Notes under the pieces: generated by a model
What the model was told of the DNA's origin: nothing
Databases searched by the model: none
Seen by the model: the letters and a program-made list of their open reading frames with translations, nothing else
Assembly (NCBI GenBank): GCA_036311705.1
Contig: JAXJPK010000260.1
Coordinates: 1-28,785, forward strand
Direction of reading: 5' to 3'
Length of the DNA: 28,785 bases
DNA from: Clostridia bacterium
GTDB taxonomy: Bacteria; Bacillota; Clostridia; UBA1381
In this document: positions 25,401 through 28,785 of the stretch, one piece after another
Numbering within the stretch: position 1 is the stretch's first letter
Layout: every line of letters starts with the position of its first letter
Made by a program: the position numbers and the translations under genes

Positions 25401-27975
25401 TATCAAACACAGACGGATATTTACTTGCCCACTCACTCCACTTGATGTCAAGAGGCGTACCGTCATTCGCAATAGTCACCCTACCACGGAATTTACCCAC
25501 ATAATGCTCGCCAAATCTGTGCTTCGCATCACCCTTCTGACCATCATTCGGTGCAATTCTTGCAGAACGAATATCCTTGAGTATCTTGTCATAAAGAGCA
25601 GGTCTCTCAATCTTTATCTTTGCCTTGCTCAGTATCTCCTTTGCAACCTCATATGCTTTGGCGTACATTTCATCCGAAGTCATACTGTCATCCATAGCAC
25701 CGTCCTGAATGTCAACATAAAGGTCATTAAGTATCTTCGCAAGCTCGGAAGCCTTATAATCGCTGTCGGCAAACTTAACAAGATACCTCGCAACCGCCTC
25801 AAGTTGTTTCGGATCGATAACCTTACCCTTTGTAAGAGTCTTGTCAAGCTTAACTCTTTCCTTGTAGTTAGCAAAGTCAGCCGCAAGCTTGTTGTATCTC
25901 TTCTCAAGAGCCTTCTTTTCGCCTATAATGTCGTATGCGGATGCACCGGTGTCCTTCTCCGACATCTGTACGCCATCATTGTTTACAATTTCTTCATTGC
26001 TTTTTTCGGAAGAATCGGATATACTATTTTTGGTGGTAGATGTGTCCAACGTTATGGGCTGCTCCACCATTTTTATTGGATAAATATCATACAAGATTTT
26101 TTCACCGTTTGCGGAAGTAGCAATATTTAATGTTGCTTCCCAAACGGTTTTATTTTTTTCTTGAATAAATACCTTCCAATAGTCCCAATCGTTTTGACCG
26201 TAATTATCAAGCCAATCATGCGGATATCTTGCTTTCTCGGAGTTACTGTATTCTGCATTTGCAATCAGCTTATCAATTAGAATAACAGACTCTTGTTTTA
26301 CCTCTTTACGAAGATAATTTGTCAAGTCTCTGTTTACAGGTACTTTTGCTCCATTCTTGTTTTTAAACATTTGCGAAGCTTTGGCAATGTGAATATCGAT
26401 AGCATTTCCATTACTATCGTAAGCAGTAAATATACTGCCCCCAATCTCTTTAACATATTCCTTGACAATTCGAATACGTTCATCTTCATCTGTCAATCCC
26501 GACAAACGATCACCGTCAAGATAAACTCCCATTCCATAGTTTGTACCACTTTCTCCGATTATCTCTTTCTCCGAAAGCTGTACACCAAGCACATCCTGCC
26601 CATACTTCTCCTCAAGCACTCCTCTGTACTCATCAACAATCTGACTCGTTTCCGCTTTCAACCTGTCGGAATTCTCCTGTGATTGAAGAAGACCGCCATA
26701 CACCTTGCCATCCTTGTCTTTGACACCATTAAGTATAAGGTCCTTGAATTCCGCTTCTTCGGGATATATAGCTTTTACAGCTTGCTGTTCTCTGTATGTT
26801 CCGTCTGTATCATATACTCGGAAGTCCACAAGGAGCTTGTAGTAATTCGGATTGTCTCTGAATTCATCAAACCTCGGAGTATAGTTGTGCTTGTCACACC
26901 AATCAAGATAATTCTGTGCTGTCTTTTTCGGATCGCGTGTGCCTTCCTTCTTGCCCACTCCGTAAAGGTCTCCGTAGAAGTCAAAGTCTCTGTCACCCTT
27001 GTCCTTATTAAGCTTCTTGCCTGCATCGTCTCCGTACATTGCTTCATCGTTTGCGTATCTTGTATTCTGTACCGAAGTATAGTCGTGATACAAAGCAATG
27101 TCTCGCATCATCGCAACATCTCTGTTGAGACCGCTCTTATGATAAGGGATAACCATAGAGATTTTGTCATCCGCAAGGAGCTTCAAAATATGAGCTTTGG
27201 ATATACCTACAGCAATTGTACCACAGTTCGCAGAGTATCTCGGATCATCAACAATTTCCATAGCAATGTCATAAGGGAATGTTTCGTCCTCCCAAATATA
27301 ATTTCCGTTCTCGTCAAGTCCTGCATTCTCCGCAAGCTTTTCGTACTCTTCCAAAGCGGACTTGTATTCCTCGGAATTCTTGTCGGCATTTTTGTCCTTG
27401 AGAATAGCAAACTGTTTCTGCTGTTCTGCGGTCATATCGACAGCCTTTGGAACAAGAGACATATTAATCTTCATGCCCGTCATACCGAACAGCTTCACAA
27501 ACAAAGGCTCCTTGGTATAGGAATGAGAAGTGAGTCTCTTTGCCGCAAGCTCGGAAATAAACTGTGCGTAATCCATAATCATATTAGCTTGAAAGTCGGA
27601 GAAGCTCTGACATCTGACACCGCCTACCATCTTTGCTCTCTTTGCGGTGAAACTTCTTGCCTTAAGTACATCATTGCCGTAGGCTACAGCATCGTGTGAG
27701 AATTTAGGCTTTGCCGTTCCCTGATGTCCGTTGATAATGTTGTAAAGAGCAGGAGCTTCAAGACGGATAGCATCCAAGCCTATTGAGGATATGATTTCAG
27801 CAGAATTAAGAATCTTTCTGATCTGAGGATTTTCCTTGATAGCTCTTGCATATCTGTGCTGTGCGCTTCTCACATCGTTCTCTGACATAATCTTGTCGAT
27901 AAGGGAGAAGTCAAGCTCGGAATCGGAAGCCTCGGAAAGCAGATTTTTTGTAGGCTGATTTTTAATGTCTCTTTT
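22495..27975 (-). CDS. Giant multidomain virion/DNA-ejection (large polyvalent-type) protein, C-terminal part after the frameshift
   Basis: More than 1800 open codons; helical and coiled-coil regions, ENYFPI motif; reads as a continuation of 27962-28785. Confidence 0.75.
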   Translation of the reverse strand, partial: KRDIKNQPTKNLLSEASDSELDFSLIDKIMSENDVRSAQHRYARAIKENPQIRKILNSAEIISSIGLDAIRLEAPALYNIINGHQGTAKPKFSHDAVAYGNDVLKARSFTAKRAKMVGGVRCQSFSDFQANMIMDYAQFISELAAKRLTSHSYTKEPLFVKLFGMTGMKINMSLVPKAVDMTAEQQKQFAILKDKNADKNSEEYKSALEEYEKLAENAGLDENGNYIWEDETFPYDIAMEIVDDPRYSANCGTIAVGISKAHILKLLADDKISMVIPYHKSGLNRDVAMMRDIALYHDYTSVQNTRYANDEAMYGDDAGKKLNKDKGDRDFDFYGDLYGVGKKEGTRDPKKTAQNYLDWCDKHNYTPRFDEFRDNPNYYKLLVDFRVYDTDGTYREQQAVKAIYPEEAEFKDLILNGVKDKDGKVYGGLLQSQENSDRLKAETSQIVDEYRGVLEEKYGQDVLGVQLSEKEIIGESGTNYGMGVYLDGDRLSGLTDEDERIRIVKEYVKEIGGSIFTAYDSNGNAIDIHIAKASQMFKNKNGAKVPVNRDLTNYLRKEVKQESVILIDKLIANAEYSNSEKARYPHDWLDNYGQNDWDYWKVFIQEKNKTVWEATLNIATSANGEKILYDIYPIKMVEQPITLDTSTTKNSISDSSEKSNEEIVNNDGVQMSEKDTGASAYDIIGEKKALEKRYNKLAADFANYKERVKLDKTLTKGKVIDPKQLEAVARYLVKFADSDYKASELAKILNDLYVDIQDGAMDDSMTSDEMYAKAYEVAKEILSKAKIKIERPALYDKILKDIRSARIAPNDGQKGDAKHRFGEHYVGKFRGRVTIANDGTPLDIKWSEWASKYPSVFDKDIGDAQRLVELYDIYDDLRNAGDVVQEYEKSELLQSLATEIINKAWTVTKFESTADKQNKRIQELNAEHRKAMEELRESYEAKATATNNELELYQKLYGDMWSKRRKAYAKAKELGRKKLARYKENAERKSVIQTITANSLKLNKMLFDNNKDSHVPDTLKGAVKELLEAIDASSKRLLKKGVPTQRDISLNKAFSKLNNVVADGSQELGDILEDIYGSGLDESLKEFVKEIDNGTVFFLNEMSIEDLKKLDKIVKIIRTTVNKVNMYHTVLSGLSARQHGIDTIKDLDKRTKVYADDKHHFDKLKTKMYWNNLNPYYAFKNLGGSAQEIFTAFQDAQDKLAFLAKEVIDFADGLYTGKEYKRWSETYFEFAIPQPSGKIIKFSMNVPQIMSLYCVIKQEDARKHILHGDENGEGGGITIAETKDKRAVRKNIRVTESDIENILSKLDDKRVGKAKGGTARNVADKLQDYMGTRGAELGNEITMARWGIKSFGIENYFPIKVSEGAVPQKGDAPGDVSMSMLQLLNASFTHSRNHMSKKSVEIGDVFDVFSSHMSNMIRYNSFALPILDMYKWVNYKGTTDTGEEYSLQTSVKDAFGDYAWGYLQTFLKDVSGASKSDTRDNLAIKFFKNSKIAKVAGNMRVALLQFTSFIRAGAVMDNKYLLHALHHIPKIKRSEEKSGIVLWKSLGYYDTDITRGLTDKIKHDTNAVGWLVDTSLKGAELADKVTMGVLWNACELEIRDTRKDLKVGSPEFNEAVALRLREVIYKTQVVDSMLTRSQMMRSPSGWDKMLTTFASESTLSLNLMTDIFVSTQLEARETNLKEAMRKNGKYVRKAITAYVMTNIVTTVLQSLFDAFRDYDEDDKDEKYWAKLMLENFAVNSSMFAKIPYINLFVSTLQGFTASRADTDWMNSTVKTGKEIYKLMTGSGDPEKLLKYLLKAGSDVTGIAAYNVYRDIMAFYMFLAGNS

Positions 27976-28785
27976 TGGTGAAATTGAATTCGTCAACGTT
28001 AATCTTGCTACCCTTGGGAACAAGAGAACGCACCATCTCGTTGAAGCCGTACTTATGTGTGCCATCATCCGTGTCTGTACCTTCGCAGAAGGATTCTGCC
28101 CAAGCACCCACTCTGTATCTTTTGGAGTCAACAAAGCAAAGCGCACAGGCAATCTCAAAGTCGTGCTTCTTAATGATAGCATTAAGGTCAGCCACATCCG
28201 TCTCCGTAAGCACATGAACATTCAGGTCACCTGCCTGTACCATTGCATTCAGGACAGCATTCAAAGCCACTCGCTTCTTGCATACCTGCGAGAAGTCAAT
28301 GTTCATGGTGTAGTCTCCGTTCTTAACGATGACAGACAGCACTTTTTCGCCCTTCTCGTCCTTGACAACTTCCAAGTTTGCCCATCTTGAGTAGTCGGGA
28401 AGCTCATTGCCTTCAGCAACAGCTCTCATAATCTCGGCAACCTTGTCCGTCTGTGCAACTATGTCAGCCTTATCTTCCTTCGTAAGTCCCTTCTGTCTTG
28501 AAAGCCACTTGACAAGATATTCTCTGCCACCTTCGTTGTACGTCTTCTCGGACATCTGAATGACGCCATCGCCCACGATTGTGGTACCGTCTTTCGATAT
28601 ACCATCCTTTAGGTGTAGCTCTTCGCCTGAATTCTTCACCAAAAAATCATTGGCAAGGAATGGAGGAAGTCCCTCGTCACCCGGTTTCCATGTTCCAAGC
28701 AAAGCCTCTTTTATTTTTCTGTCTATTTCTTTGTCTTTAAAGTCAGCTTCAAGAGCCGCATTCGCATTCACGGCAGATATAAGCA
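27962..28785 (-). CDS. Upstream part of the same giant protein (open at the window edge, ends at the frameshift)
   Basis: Frame is open to 28785; shares the GV.QMSEK linker with the downstream frame; stop follows ACC AAA AAG AGA CAT. Confidence 0.7.
   Translation of the reverse strand, partial: LISAVNANAALEADFKDKEIDRKIKEALLGTWKPGDEGLPPFLANDFLVKNSGEELHLKDGISKDGTTIVGDGVIQMSEKTYNEGGREYLVKWLSRQKGLTKEDKADIVAQTDKVAEIMRAVAEGNELPDYSRWANLEVVKDEKGEKVLSVIVKNGDYTMNIDFSQVCKKRVALNAVLNAMVQAGDLNVHVLTETDVADLNAIIKKHDFEIACALCFVDSKRYRVGAWAESFCEGTDTDDGTHKYGFNEMVRSLVPKGSKINVDEFNFTKKRH

Noticed and set aside
25192..27699. Long plus-strand ORFs (312 and 338 aa) and similar ORFs opposite the portal and terminase
   Set aside because: Antisense shadows of genuine genes, with L/I/V/F-biased composition and no RBS
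27971..27977. Programmed -1 frameshift at C AAA AAG
   Set aside because: The -1 frame closes after about 35 codons; the long ORF is in the +1 frame
27976..28221. First ~80 residues of the 1908-aa ORF as a real N-terminus
   Set aside because: Atypical composition, no RBS, and it overlaps the protein-like upstream frame

Overview
About 29 kb of a temperate tailed phage of a Bacillota (probably Clostridia) host, in its non-integrated form: an intact attP (tRNA 3'-end core with integrase arm repeats on both sides) sits at ~18980-19185 with phage genes on either side. Read on the minus strand, it holds a very large modular virion/ejection-type protein split by a +1 frameshift, a BppU-like tail protein and a self-contained five-gene accessory cassette. 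Next come attP, the tyrosine integrase and the immunity region (cI, cro, a second XRE regulator and a hidden 33-aa ORF). These are followed by recombination/replication genes (YqaJ, RecT, SSB, DUF1064, replisome organizer with internal origin), a string of small accessory genes (PAPS-reductase family, half methyltransferase, NUMOD4-HNH) and packaging genes (TerS, TerL, portal, Prp protease). The most interesting unexplained signals are: (i) a thrice-repeated GTGGGGTGGC-N19/20-TAWAAT late promoter; (ii) the HTH-controlled Gly-rich/ferritin-like cassette next to attP; (iii) a candidate SinI-like antirepressor switch with an SOS-box antisense promoter; and (iv) repeated GV-Q-[ML]-SEK linkers that delimit domains in the giant protein. 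All product calls come from motif recognition by eye; no database search was run.
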